Source: Phycisphaerae bacterium (GTDB taxonomy: Bacteria > Planctomycetota > Phycisphaerae > UBA1845). Taken from it: a stretch of 64,000 nt of DNA. The DNA lies in the NCBI GenBank assembly GCA_963666835.2, contig CAXXGO010000006.1:2208001-2272000 (forward strand), given 5' to 3'. The notes below the pieces were generated by a model that searched no databases, was not told the origin of the DNA, and saw only the letters and a list, made by a program, of their open reading frames with translations. The position numbers and the translations under genes were made by a program. Positions 10,731 to 21,560 of the stretch are shown one piece after another (within the stretch, counting starts at the first letter, position 1; the number at the start of each line of letters is the position of its first letter).

Positions 10731-11011
10731 GATAGACTCCTTCCGTTTCGTTTATCTGCTGCGCTGAAGTCCAACCACAAGGTGCCGCGCCGAGCGTTAT
10801 CAAGCCTGTATGCTCGGCCCTGTTCGCGGTCGATCGCGCTCAACCATGTGCGAATCAACACTGCAACCATACGCGGCACGAAGTGTCCATGCAACTACGC
10901 AAGGAACACCCCGGTGCCGCGTGGGGCGTTGTTTCCGGTGGGGGCGGAGGGTACGATGTCCATGCTTCACGGCGAGACCGCGTGACCTTGGATCCCGCGA
11001 AAGGAGTTGCG

Positions 11012-11992
11012 ATGGCAGGGAAGAACAGAAAGGCGGAAAAGCACCGGCGGAAGCGCCAGGCGAAGAAGAACGAGGGCCGGATCCGGGCATTGCGGATGGA
11101 GAGCCGCATGAAGAGTGATGCCTGTGTTCTGTATGCTTGTACGGCCAATCGGTACTGGCGGGAGAACGGAGAAGCGACGATTCTGGTGGCGCGCTCGGTT
11201 GGCCCGGGGCGGGTGACCATGGCCGCGTTTCTCGTGGACATCTGGGCGATGGGGCTAAAGGACGCCTGGGGACGGGTCGACATTCCGGTCGGCGAGTTTG
11301 ACGACATGCGTGCCAGACTTTCCCGTGATCTTGACTCGGCACCGCTCGATATTGGCACCGCTCGACACCTGGTTTTCGGAGGGATAGAGCTGGCCACCGA
11401 GCTGGGTTTTCGGTTGCCCCGGCGGTACGAGAGGTGGACGGCGATCCTGGGGCCCTTGCCCGATGGGGAAGCGCCGGACATGAGCCTGTTTCTGGCGGAC
11501 GGGCGCATTCGCCTGATCTGCAGTCAACGGGATCTCGAGGCTCGGTTGGTCGGTAGCAGCATCGAGACATTCCTGCAGCGTCCGGATGTCGACTTGATGA
11601 TGGGTTCCGATGACTTCACGCTGGTTGATGAGGACAAGGATGGTCTTGATGACACCTTGTCGTTGCTCGAGGACCGGATGCTCAACGCCGCCAAGGAGTG
11701 GTGTTTTGCCAATGGGCAGAGCCCGCATCCGCGTCTGGAGGATGTGGTAGGTGCGGCGGTCGAGGCGATGGTTCAGAATATCCCGGAGGGTATCGACGAG
11801 GATGAGCTGGAGGCCATTCCCCAAGAGGCCCATGAGGTAGTCAGTGATCAGATCGCCTCGTTCGTTCGGGCAACCGGACACGACGACCCCGAAGGTATGA
11901 TCGCGGCCACGGCACAGTTCGAGGAGTTCATTCGGGGTACCGAATCACCGGAGAAGTTCATGGAACTTCTGAGCTTGCCGGACCCGCCGTAG
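11012..11992 (+). CDS. Hypothetical protein
   Basis: RBS AAGGAG before ATG 11012; long ORF with typical codon usage; FLVDIWAMGLKDAW segment. Confidence 0.75.
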   Translation: MAGKNRKAEKHRRKRQAKKNEGRIRALRMESRMKSDACVLYACTANRYWRENGEATILVARSVGPGRVTMAAFLVDIWAMGLKDAWGRVDIPVGEFDDMRARLSRDLDSAPLDIGTARHLVFGGIELATELGFRLPRRYERWTAILGPLPDGEAPDMSLFLADGRIRLICSQRDLEARLVGSSIETFLQRPDVDLMMGSDDFTLVDEDKDGLDDTLSLLEDRMLNAAKEWCFANGQSPHPRLEDVVGAAVEAMVQNIPEGIDEDELEAIPQEAHEVVSDQIASFVRATGHDDPEGMIAATAQFEEFIRGTESPEKFMELLSLPDPP

Positions 11993-12551
11993 AATGCCGG
12001 GGCATACCGGACCATCGTTCGCGCGCGGGGTGGTTGACGCGGGTATCTGTTGGGCTGTTAGGCTCGCGACAAGTTGAGACGCAGCAAGTTGGCGAGGACT
12101 TGCTCTTCAACCTGGTTGCGACGGTCGGTCAGCTCGTGTCCCTCGGACAGTGCTCGCCCGGCGCCGGTCTCTACCCAGACTTCGGCCCAGTCTTCATCCC
12201 ATCCCCCGTCGGAGTCGACGGCTTCATAAGCGGCCAGCACAGCGCGATCGAGCTTCTCGTGCGCAAGCCGAAGCCAGGTGGGGCGTTCGTTGTAGAGGTT
12301 GGTCAAAGTGCGTCTCTTCAGGTTGGGGTCTTTGGCGGCCGCCGCGTCGATTGCCGACTGCCGGATCAGGCGCCGAGCCTCCTCGCCGCTGACGCGGGCG
12401 ACGTCGGCGAAATCGTCCTCGGCGTCGATTTGCGCGGCGATTTCCGCGATCCACTCGGGCGGATTGAGCCAGCGCTCGCGTTGCTCGTTGAGTTCACGGG
12501 CGGCTTCGGATATGCGATGCCACGCATCAGACTCCGCGCCGTTTGCGCCGG

Positions 12552-12848
12552 TGTCACCCCCTGAGCCGCGACGTTTGTTCCCTGAGCCGCGCCATTCATG
12601 TCGCGCGGTGTTTCGACATTCATGTCGCGCGGCGTCTTGGCACTCGTTTTGCGCGGAGTCGCGAGAATCATGTTGTGAGGAACACGGTTCGGGTGCGGTA
12701 TCCGGCGCGGTATGGATGTTACGGGCGGCATCGGTGTTCCGCGCGGCATGAATGCCGCGGCTCGGGTCTATGCCGCGGCTCGGGTTTATGCCGCGGCTCG
12801 GGTTTACGTCGGTGCTCGGGTCTATGCCGGGGTTCGGGTCGGATGGGA
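12552..12848. repeat. Inverted REP doublet with degenerate 18-bp tandem copies (REPIN-like), translated in frame inside the RM gene
   Basis: GAGCCGCGCCATTCATGTCGCGCGG at 12584 and inverted CCGCGCGGCATGAATGCCGCGGCTC at 12739, followed by four 18-bp units at 12764-12835. Confidence 0.75.
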
Positions 12849-13975
12849 TTACGGGCTCTTTGCCGGGGGCCCAGGGGAGCGGAAACGTCTCGAAACAGGT
12901 TGTCGGGGTGTAGCGAGGTCTGTCCTCAAGCTGGGTTCCCTGGCGTAGTGCCCAAAGCTCGTGAATGCTACTGTGCAGGACACCGAAGAAGTAATCGTCC
13001 GAACGAGCAAAGGCGATCAACTGGTGATCGGGGAGGACTTGTCCAGACAAGATCTTGAAGAGGCGAAACTTTGTGAGGTTAGGTGTTGCGAGGAAACGGT
13101 TGCTCGGAAGAGCCTCGCGCATTGCGGGGCGGGGTTCAACGTGGAGCCACCAGCGCGCGGCGTACGAGGCCCGCCTATTATCTTTACGCGTGGGCCAGAC
13201 GCGTGCTTGGACGAGCGCGAGCGGTTGTTCGTATCCGGCGGCCTGCTCCAGGGTCATGTCACAGCCGAAGTCCACGATCCACATTGCACGAATGCGCTTG
13301 CTGATGTCGCTGCCGTTGGCCCATGGTCTCAGTGTGTCGGCATTGGCGCGACCGTTTGGGTTCGGTTGCCCGAGCATTAGTCGGGCTTCGGTCGGGGCGA
13401 TGTCGAATTTCCCGCCTTTTGTGTCGCCCATGTAGGCGAGGTTCTGATTTTCGCGGAGGACATTCGCTTTTGTGGCGTCCACAGTTGAGGTCAGGTCGGC
13501 GTTGATTCTCTCCGCGGAGATTCCGTCGAGGGTTGGCGGGGTTTCCTGACCACTGCCGAACCCCACAATCGATACATGCACGGCGGCGCCGTCGAGGACC
13601 CACTGGCGGTCGGACCATGCCATGAAGATGTCGCCGGTCTGCTTGATTCGCTCGAGGACGGTTCGGTTGGCGCCGCCGCGGATACCTTGGGTGGCCAGGA
13701 GACCGGCGCGAACGTTCGGCTGTTTCTCGATTACACGGCGGGCGAGTTCAAACCAATAGCAGCACAGGTCCGAGGTGTTCGGCAGGTCGAATGCCTCGTA
13801 TAACGCCTGAATGTACTCGTCCTCCAGCCCTTGCTGGCGGAACAGTTTGGAACCGAGAAACGGCGGGTTGCCGATTATGAACTCGGCTTCGGGCCATTGG
13901 GCGGGTCGCGGTGTCTGATCCGCGCCGCTCGCGCCCACCTGATCCGAGCAGCTCGCGCGTGCCCCACCAGCGACA

Positions 13976-14710
13976 GTCACCCCCTCCCGAGCCGCGACAT
14001 TTATGTCGCGCGGCAGGCAATGCTCTCGATTCACGACATTCATGTCGCGTGGCGTATTGAGATCCACGTCACGTGGATCGTGCTCCAATGCCAGCAGAAT
14101 CGACGGCTGGTCGCGGACGTAATTCACCGCGTTCTCATTCGCGCGGCCGTCACGCAGCAGGCGGCGAGAGCCGCTTGCGGTCCACCAGGAACCGGACGGC
14201 TGACGACCGAAGCGTTGACCTAAACGGCGCGAAGATACGCCCTTGAAGAGATTCAGCAGGCGGGGGCCTTCGTCCTCGTCCGACGCGACGACCAGGTGGA
14301 CGTGCGTGGCCATGATTGCCCCGGCGTGGATGGTGAGATTGTATTTGTCGCAGACTTCACGAAAGGCGGCCGCGCAGATCTCAGCCGCAGCGCGGTCGAG
14401 TCTGACGGGCGGGCCCTTCTGCCGCGACAGGGCGGCCTTGCGGAGGGCGGGTTCGTCGGCGTCGTAGGGTTCGCCGGGAATGTTGTGGATGACGTGACCG
14501 CCGTCGCCGTCCGGGACGCGACTGACGAATCCGCGTTCGTCGCCGGGGAGCCACGTTCCGTAGGTTGTCCAGGTGAGAAGGTAGGTGCCGCCGCGGCGGA
14601 GATCCGCACGGCATGAACGCTGGGAGTCGGGCGGGTTTTTATCCGCACGGCATGAATGCCGTGGCTCGGGGGCGTGACATGAATGCCGGGGGTCGGGGGG
14701 AGTCGGGGGG
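13976..14710 (-). mobile_element. REP-flanked RAYT/IS200-type HUH-Y1 transposase module inserted in frame in the RM gene
   Basis: TYLLTWTTYGTWLPGDERG...AIMATHVHLVV (HVH at 14296-14304)...WWTASGSRRLL...NAVNYVRDQ (Tyr at 14119-14121); REP palindromes at 13989-14013 and 14643-14667 in opposite orientation. Confidence 0.85.
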
Positions 14711-16411
14711 ATGTCGAGGATTGCGTCGCGGCATTCTATTGTTCTCAACGGTTCCAGGATCGGATCGGAGGGAGCTTTGAACCCGTTGTCACGCATCCAT
14801 TGGAGATAGCCTATCCAGATCGCTACTTGGGCCAGCTCGGCGGCGTAGGGGTTGATCTCCAGGCCGTAGAGTTGCGTCGGACGGACCTGCGGGATCAGAC
14901 CCGCGGCGATGTCCGGCCGTGCGGCGAAGGTGATTACCTCCTTTTCGAGGTTCAGAAGCTGCTGGATGGCGACGTACAGAAAGTTGCCCGACCCGCACGC
15001 CGGATCGAGGATTCGGATGGTCGAGAGACGCTCGACGAAATCTTGCAGGAGCTAGGCGGCCGCCCGGTCGGCCTTCTTACGGGTATTCGAGGTTTTGGCC
15101 TTTGTTCGTCGTTCGAGTTGGGCTTCGACCTTGGCCTGGACGTTTGCCCATTCCCGACGGAGCGGGGCCATCACCACCGGCTCGACCACGAGCATGATGT
15201 CCTCCCGGCTGGTGTAGTGGGCACCGATCTGGGCGCGGGTATTGGGGTCGAGCGAGCGCTCGAAGAGGGTTCCGAAAATAGCAGGCTCGACGCTGGCCCA
15301 ATCCTGCCTGGCCGCGGTGATGAGGAGATCGACCTCTCCGATCATCAACTCCAAAGCCGGGGCGTCGTCGAACAAGCCGCCGTTGAAAGTCGGGATGTCT
15401 TCGACGCCCAAGCTGCCGCCGGAACGCATGTTGTCAAAAAGAACCGTGAGGTCTTGCGTCAGCCGCTCCGGGTTGCTCCGCCGGTTTCGCAGGAGTCGCT
15501 CGAACAGTTTATCCGGCAGCAGCCCGACATCCTCGGCGAAGAGGCAGAACATGCACTTCATGAGGAAGTGGGCGGCGATGTGCGGATCGTGGTCTCGATC
15601 GCGCAATGCCTGGGCCAGTGTGCCGAACTGTCGGGCGATCCCCTCGGTGACCGTCTCGGAAGTCAGGTTCGGCCTCAGCGACGCCGGATCGGTGAAGACC
15701 CGGCGGAGCAGGTCGATCGACTCGGCCTCGGCCAAACGGTCGAGTTCGATGACGTGGATCTGCTTGGCCGTGCCGGTGAAGTTGGTGTGAATCTCCGTAC
15801 GGGCGATGTCACTGACGATCAGCAGCGGCGGGTTCTCCAACGCCTCGCGGTATTGGCAGAGCTGGCGGTATGCCTCGCCGAGGTCGCGATACTTGCCCTT
15901 CCGCTTGTATTCCCAGGCGAACTTGCCGCGCCACCATACGTCGGCAAAGCCCCGCTCGCCGCGCGTTCCTTTGGACGCCGGCCCGCTTACGGCCACACCC
16001 TTCTCGAAGGTGTACTCGGCGCCCGTGGCGTCATGCCCGGCTGGAGTCGGCTGGCCGAGCATCCGGCACAGGTCGAGGAAGTGCTCCTGGCTGGCGGCCC
16101 GCTCGGAAAGCGTCACGCGAGACCACTTGGCGGTGAATGCAGAGGGTGTAAGTTCGGTAGTCATACAGGTTATTGTGCTCCAGAACAGCAAAGGTGTCGA
16201 GTGGGTCGGTGAATCTCTCGAGTGACGACGGACGACGGCTGTGCCGCTACTCGAGGACAACGTAGCGAGATGGATGTCGCCCAGCAGGTCAAGCCGGCGA
16301 GTTGCAGGACGGTTCCTCCCCGTTCGCACGAACTTCCCTCTGTCCCTCCTTGGTAAGGGGGGAAGTAAGACCATCGGCACGCGTCTAAGGCACGATATCG
16401 GTTTCGCCGGT

Positions 16412-19400
16412 CTAAACGGCGGTGGTGTCGCCGCGGGCGAGGGTTAGGGGGATAACTCGCTTCTGGGTGCCTAAGACGCATACGGCTTGCGGCCCGACCA
16501 ATTGAACGAGCTTATTCAGAAGTTCCGGGCGGCACCGGACTTTCAAAGAGGCATGGCATTGGATCTGGGCGATGAACTTGTCGGCGGTTTCGACGTTCAG
16601 ATAGACGGGGCATTCCCCCGCCGACGTCCTAAGCAGTGACACCAGCTCGTCAACGGGGGTATCGGGTTTGACGTTGACCAGCAGGGCCTGGGCGAGTTCC
16701 TGGCACGCTTCATCAGCTTCGATTACGCGGGTCGTTCGGATGGACGGCTCTTCGCGTTTGCGATCCACCGTCCCTTGCACGAAGACGACCGAGTCGGGGG
16801 CGAGGATTGCCTGATATTTGGGGAGGTCGTCGGGGAATACGACCGCTTCGACGCGACCCTGCAGATCTTCCAAAGCTATGATACCCAAACGCTTGCCGGA
16901 ATTACGCCCGTTTCTTGCCACTACGGTTCGGAGATTGGAGACCATCCCGCCGACCACCACTTCCGTGCCGTCTTCGAACTCACTCAGCTTTGCTGTCGAG
17001 GTCGTGGCACATGCCTGGATCCGGCGTTCGTGGCTCGCCAGCGGATGGCGGGTGATATAGAGGCCCAGCACCGCTTTCTCCCTGGCGAGCATCTCGGCTT
17101 CGGGCCACTCCGCGGAAGAGAGCTCCGGTTCCGGGGGAGTTGTGTCCGCCAGTCCCCCACCCATCCCGAACAGCCCCATCTGCCCGCTGCGCCGGTCGCT
17201 CTGTAGCTGTTGTCCGGCGGTGACGGCGCGATCTATGGCTTCGAACAGAGCCCGGCGCATCGCCCCGGTGCGATCGAAGGCTCCGGCACAAACAAGGGCT
17301 TCGATAGTGGCGCGATTGACGGCGGAGAGATCGACGCGTTCGCAGAAGTCGAAGAGGTTCTGGTAGGGCCCGTTCTGCTTACGTTCGTCGACCACGGCAT
17401 TCACTGCCTTGGTTCCGACACCTTTAAGGGCGCCCAGCCCGAACCGGATGACTCCCTTTGTCCGGATCTTCTTCGAGCCGCCGTCCGTCGGCGTGGCTGC
17501 GGCGATGAAATTCAGTTCCGACGCATTTACACAGGGCGGCTCAATCTCGATGCCCATCTCCCGGCACTCGTCACGATATTGGGCGATCTTGTCGGTGTTT
17601 GACATTTCCAGAGTCATGACCGCCGCCATGAACTCGACCGGGTAGTAGGTTTTCATCCACGCGGTCTGATAGGCAACCAGGGCGTAGCCCGTGGAGTGGG
17701 CCTTGTTGAAGGCGTACCCGCCGAACTTGAGAATGTCCTCGAACACTTCGTTGGCGACGTTGCGTTTCACGCCGCGGGCCTCGCACCCGTCGAGGAACGG
17801 GGTCCGCATCGCCTCGATCATCTCGGTCTTCTTCTTGCTGATCGCCTTGGCCAGGCGGAAGGCGGCTTTGAGTTCTATTCCGCCCAAGCGGTTCACCAGG
17901 CGCGACACCTGCTCCTGATAGACCATGATGCCGTAGGTTTCCTGCAGAACCTCGGTCATGATCGGGTGAGGCGTGGTCCAGTTGGCACCGTGCTTACGCC
18001 CGATGTACTCCGGAATGTACTCCATCGGTCCGGGACGGTAGAGGGCGTTGGCTGCGATAAGATCTTCGATGCGGTTCGGCTTCATCCGCATGAGCACATC
18101 ACGCATGCCCCCGGACTCGAACTGGAACACGCCCTGGGTATCGCCCCGGGCGAACAGGTCGTAGACCTTCTGATCGGTGAGATCCAGTTTCCCAAGATCA
18201 ATCTTCTCGGTGGTGCTTCGCTGGGCCAGTTCCCGGGCGTGCTCCAAAATGGTCAACGTGCGCAGGCCCAAAAAGTCCATTTTGAGCAGCCCGACCTTCT
18301 CCACCGTCGGGCCGTCGTATTGCGTGATTAGACCTTCCTGTCCGGCCGCCCGGTAGAGCGGAAGGAAGTTGTCCAGCGGCTGATCGGCGACGACGACCCC
18401 GGCGGCGTGAATCCCGGCGTTGCGGGCCAAACCTTCGAGTTTCCGTCCGATGTCCAGAACGTGTCTGATGGTGGCGTTGGTTTCGTATTGCTTGCGGAGT
18501 TCCGGCTCGCGTTCCAGGGCTTTATCCAGAGTGATCTTCAGTTCGGTTGGGATCAGCTTGGTTAGTTCGTTGGCCTGTTCGAAGCCGAGCCCCATCACCC
18601 GGGCGACGTCTTTAACGGCCGCCTTGGCCTTGAGTGTCCCAAAAGTGATGATCTGGGCGACGTGCCCGTACTTGCCCCGAACGTAGTCGATCAACTGCCC
18701 GCGCCCATACTGGCAGATGTCCAGATCGATGTCGGGCATTTCGTCCCGGTCGGGATCCATGAACCGCTCGAAGTAGAGCCCGTAGCGGATTGGATCGGGT
18801 GTGCTGATGTACAGGCAGAAGGCCACGACCGAGCTGCATCCGCTGCCACGAGCTCCGACCGGGATGCCGTGTTCTCTAGCATAGTTCACGCAATCCCAGA
18901 CGATCAGGAAGTAGCTGGCGAATCCCTTGCTCGTAATGACCTCGAGCTCGTAGTCGATTCGCTCACGCAGCTCCTGGGAAATCTCCCCGTAACGCTCGGT
19001 TGCTCCCTGGTAAACCAACTGCCGCAAATACTCGGCGGCCGTGAGCGGCTTACCCGCGTCATCCGTGATTTCCTCTGGGACGCGATAGACCGGGGCGTGG
19101 CGTTTGGAAAGATCCAGCTCCAAATTGCACAGGTCCGCCACCTGAACCGTGTTTGTGATCGTCTCGGGGTGATCCGGGAACAAGGCCGCCATTTCCTGGG
19201 GGCTTTTGAAATAGAACTGGTCGGCCGGGAATCTGAACCGGTCCTCATCGGTGAGCAGGCTGCCGGTGTTGATACAGCACAGGGCGTCATGAGCTTCGAC
19301 GTCGCTGTGGTCGAGATAGTGGACGTCGTTCGTGGCCACGGTCCGCACGCCCATCCGGTCGGCAAGGTCGAGCAGTTCGGGGTTCAGGGTCTTCTGTTCT

Positions 19401-19948
19401 GGCATCCCGTGATCTTGCACTTCGATGAAGAACCGCTCCGGGCCGAAAACCTGCAAATAATCACTGGTGAGCTTCTCGGCCGCCGGGCGATCCTGTTGGA
19501 GCAAGGCGTGGGGGATCTCTCCGCTAATGCACGCGCTCATGCAGATCAGGCCCGCGGCGTTCTCGCGAAGTGCCTCCCAATCGATCCGTGGTTTGCGGTA
19601 GAAGCCCTCCGTGTATCCGATACTGCTGAGGCGCAGGAGGTTGTTGTAGCCCTCGGTATCCATGGCCAGCAGGATTACGTGGAAGTGCTCCTTGCCCTGG
19701 CGGACATCCCGGCCGCGACGGTCTCCGGCCGCCAGATACAGCTCGCACCCAACGATCGGTTTGATCCCCGCCTTGTTGGCGGCGGTGTAGAACTCTATTG
19801 CTCCAAACAGATTGCCGTGATCGGTAACGGCCACTGCCGGCATGTCGTGCTCTTTCGCCCGCTTGACCAGCTCGTTTATCCGGGTAGCGCCGTCAAGCAG
19901 GCTGTAATGCGAGTGGACGTGTAGATGGACGAACGACAAGCTGGACAT
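16412..19948 (-). CDS. dnaE: DNA polymerase III subunit alpha
   Basis: FVHLHVHSHYSLLDG (PHP domain), GARGSGCSS, MPDIDLD, KMDFLGLRTL, YAFNKAHS, C-terminal OB fold. Confidence 0.97.
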   Translation of the reverse strand: MSSLSFVHLHVHSHYSLLDGATRINELVKRAKEHDMPAVAVTDHGNLFGAIEFYTAANKAGIKPIVGCELYLAAGDRRGRDVRQGKEHFHVILLAMDTEGYNNLLRLSSIGYTEGFYRKPRIDWEALRENAAGLICMSACISGEIPHALLQQDRPAAEKLTSDYLQVFGPERFFIEVQDHGMPEQKTLNPELLDLADRMGVRTVATNDVHYLDHSDVEAHDALCCINTGSLLTDEDRFRFPADQFYFKSPQEMAALFPDHPETITNTVQVADLCNLELDLSKRHAPVYRVPEEITDDAGKPLTAAEYLRQLVYQGATERYGEISQELRERIDYELEVITSKGFASYFLIVWDCVNYAREHGIPVGARGSGCSSVVAFCLYISTPDPIRYGLYFERFMDPDRDEMPDIDLDICQYGRGQLIDYVRGKYGHVAQIITFGTLKAKAAVKDVARVMGLGFEQANELTKLIPTELKITLDKALEREPELRKQYETNATIRHVLDIGRKLEGLARNAGIHAAGVVVADQPLDNFLPLYRAAGQEGLITQYDGPTVEKVGLLKMDFLGLRTLTILEHARELAQRSTTEKIDLGKLDLTDQKVYDLFARGDTQGVFQFESGGMRDVLMRMKPNRIEDLIAANALYRPGPMEYIPEYIGRKHGANWTTPHPIMTEVLQETYGIMVYQEQVSRLVNRLGGIELKAAFRLAKAISKKKTEMIEAMRTPFLDGCEARGVKRNVANEVFEDILKFGGYAFNKAHSTGYALVAYQTAWMKTYYPVEFMAAVMTLEMSNTDKIAQYRDECREMGIEIEPPCVNASELNFIAAATPTDGGSKKIRTKGVIRFGLGALKGVGTKAVNAVVDERKQNGPYQNLFDFCERVDLSAVNRATIEALVCAGAFDRTGAMRRALFEAIDRAVTAGQQLQSDRRSGQMGLFGMGGGLADTTPPEPELSSAEWPEAEMLAREKAVLGLYITRHPLASHERRIQACATTSTAKLSEFEDGTEVVVGGMVSNLRTVVARNGRNSGKRLGIIALEDLQGRVEAVVFPDDLPKYQAILAPDSVVFVQGTVDRKREEPSIRTTRVIEADEACQELAQALLVNVKPDTPVDELVSLLRTSAGECPVYLNVETADKFIAQIQCHASLKVRCRPELLNKLVQLVGPQAVCVLGTQKRVIPLTLARGDTTAV

Positions 19949-20452
19949 CGTGCGCACGGATTCCTTTCCGGTAACGGACGATGCCGCGGATCGGCTGTCA
20001 GGCTCCAGGCCGCCACACAGCCGCCCGCGACACGACGCGGCATCTTACCCGCGGACGTCCGGGTGGTCCAAGTTTTCTGTTAGCGCGTGGCTGTCCAAAT
20101 GGAGGCACATGCTGTGAATAAAGGGAACTTCACAAGTCGTTGGGAGGGTGAGGCTTTGACGGCTGCCGCGGCCTATCTGGGCGAGGACAAGGGGGCAACA
20201 AGTATGTCTAAGGCCGTGTGGCGGTTGCGGGATGTGTACGCCGCCAATGTCGGCGCCGCGAGGATCGCGAACTCACGATTCGGGGGCGATGTTTGAGCCG
20301 ATGGAGTCCTCGGCGCGGGTTTCGGTGACTCTGGGCGGTGGACAATCAGCGGTGGAGGACCCCGCGCGTAGTAGCGGCGGTCCCCGTCGCAGATCACCAG
20401 GGTTGCAATAGGGCCGATTCAGGCTGCCGTAAGACGCGACGTATCCGGCCGA

Positions 20453-20854
20453 TCAGGCATGGCTTGGGCAGTAACGCCTTAATCGGATATCCACGCCGCA
20501 GATATGCTGTATCAGCCACTTCTGGAGCGTTCTCAGCAGATCCTTGGCGAGTTTGTCGCTGTATCCTTCCGTTTCGGCGCGGTTAAGGAAACCTTCGAAG
20601 ACCTGACGGAACTCGGCGTGCGCTTTCTTGTTGTCATCGGCGGCCGGACAAGCGAATTCATCCATGATGGCCTCTTCGGTTTTGAAGTGGATGGTGACGT
20701 AGTCGCCAAGGAACCTCAGGGCCTCGCAGAACCGATCTTTGGCGGTTTTGTTCCGCACGAGTTCCTCGAAATCATTGACCATGTTGAAGAGCTTCTTGTG
20801 TTGGTCGTCTACTTTTCCGGAGCCGGTGGCGTATTTCTCGATCCAATCCAACAT
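20453..20854 (-). CDS. Bacteriohemerythrin-like protein
   Basis: W...Y.TG...VDDQHKKLF, HFKTEE, HAEF, WLIQHICGVD ligand pattern; RBS AAGGA. Confidence 0.88.
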   Translation of the reverse strand: MLDWIEKYATGSGKVDDQHKKLFNMVNDFEELVRNKTAKDRFCEALRFLGDYVTIHFKTEEAIMDEFACPAADDNKKAHAEFRQVFEGFLNRAETEGYSDKLAKDLLRTLQKWLIQHICGVDIRLRRYCPSHA

Positions 20855-21560
20855 AGTCTGTTCCTTATCCGTTTGGCGGACATGCCCCGTACAGAGTACG
20901 CCGGTTAGCAGCCCACCGCCCGCGCGGTGGCGTATTGGTTATGCTCACCGGAGCTGGGTAACGTCACGATTGCCGGGACGACGGCACTCGCCCGTGCTAG
21001 GGGTACTTCGGAGTTCAAGTGCCGTGGCCTTGCGTAACAGACATGAAGTCTCGGGTTTGACCGGGGGGAGCGGCGGCTTACGGGGGAAGCGTACCTCCAG
21101 AACCCGGCGGACGGAGTTATCGGCTTTGGGGAATCCGACGGCCTTACCAGGGACAAACCCCGGTGCGCATCGGAGAGAGCTAAGTGCTCTACCGGCAGTT
21201 GCGGGGGCTCGGCGTTCGGTGGTCTCGACCGTGGTCGGGGGCGAAAAAGGGCCATCGGGTACTTGTCTCCAGCGTAGCCGTTTGGCGGCAACCTCAGGCG
21301 ACGAATCGTCTTCGGCGTACGTTGGGAAATCCAATGCGTGCCCGTAAGGCAGCTTCAACTGCCGGCGAGTCTTGTGAGATAGGGTCGGCGAGGTTATCGT
21401 CTGCTTGTGCTCTCGCCCGAAGGAGCGGGGAGCCGCGGTGGGCTGTGAGTCTCGCAGGCCGCGGAGCTGTGGCTCCAGAGGTGACGGGGAGTATCGCGGA
21501 GGCGGGCGATCCTGCTGCGGGGAGCCCGGATTCGATCCTCTTACGAAGGAGGCTCAAGTA

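Larger units (their letters stand above)
12058..16164 (-). pseudogene. MmeI-like type IIG restriction-modification enzyme (REase-m6A MTase-TRD) with an in-frame TAG at 15052-15054 and two in-frame insertions
   Basis: N-terminal FADVWWRGKFAWEYK nuclease motif; FNGGLF, IFGTLFERSLD, GAHYTS; beyond the TAG in the same frame ILDPACGSGNFL (motif I), GLEINPYAAELA, IIGNPPFLG (motif IV), RYTPTTCFETFP, RTLTNLYN. The two track ORFs (15052..16380 and 12058..14796) share one frame. Confidence 0.88.

Noticed and set aside
13900..14712. Intein in the RM gene (or in dnaE)
   Set aside because: No N-terminal Cys/Ser block or C-terminal His-Asn splice motif; the insert is HUH-Y1 type, and dnaE has normal length.
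15052..15054. Pyrrolysine or genome-wide TAG recoding
   Set aside because: Many genes here end normally at TAG (for example 3468, 11992, 31570), no pyl genes are in the window, and the site is not catalytic.
20855..21560. 700-bp gap between divergent genes as a riboswitch or ncRNA
   Set aside because: Some local pairing is possible but I recognise no Rfam consensus, and the short ORFs here look spurious. An Infernal search would be needed.
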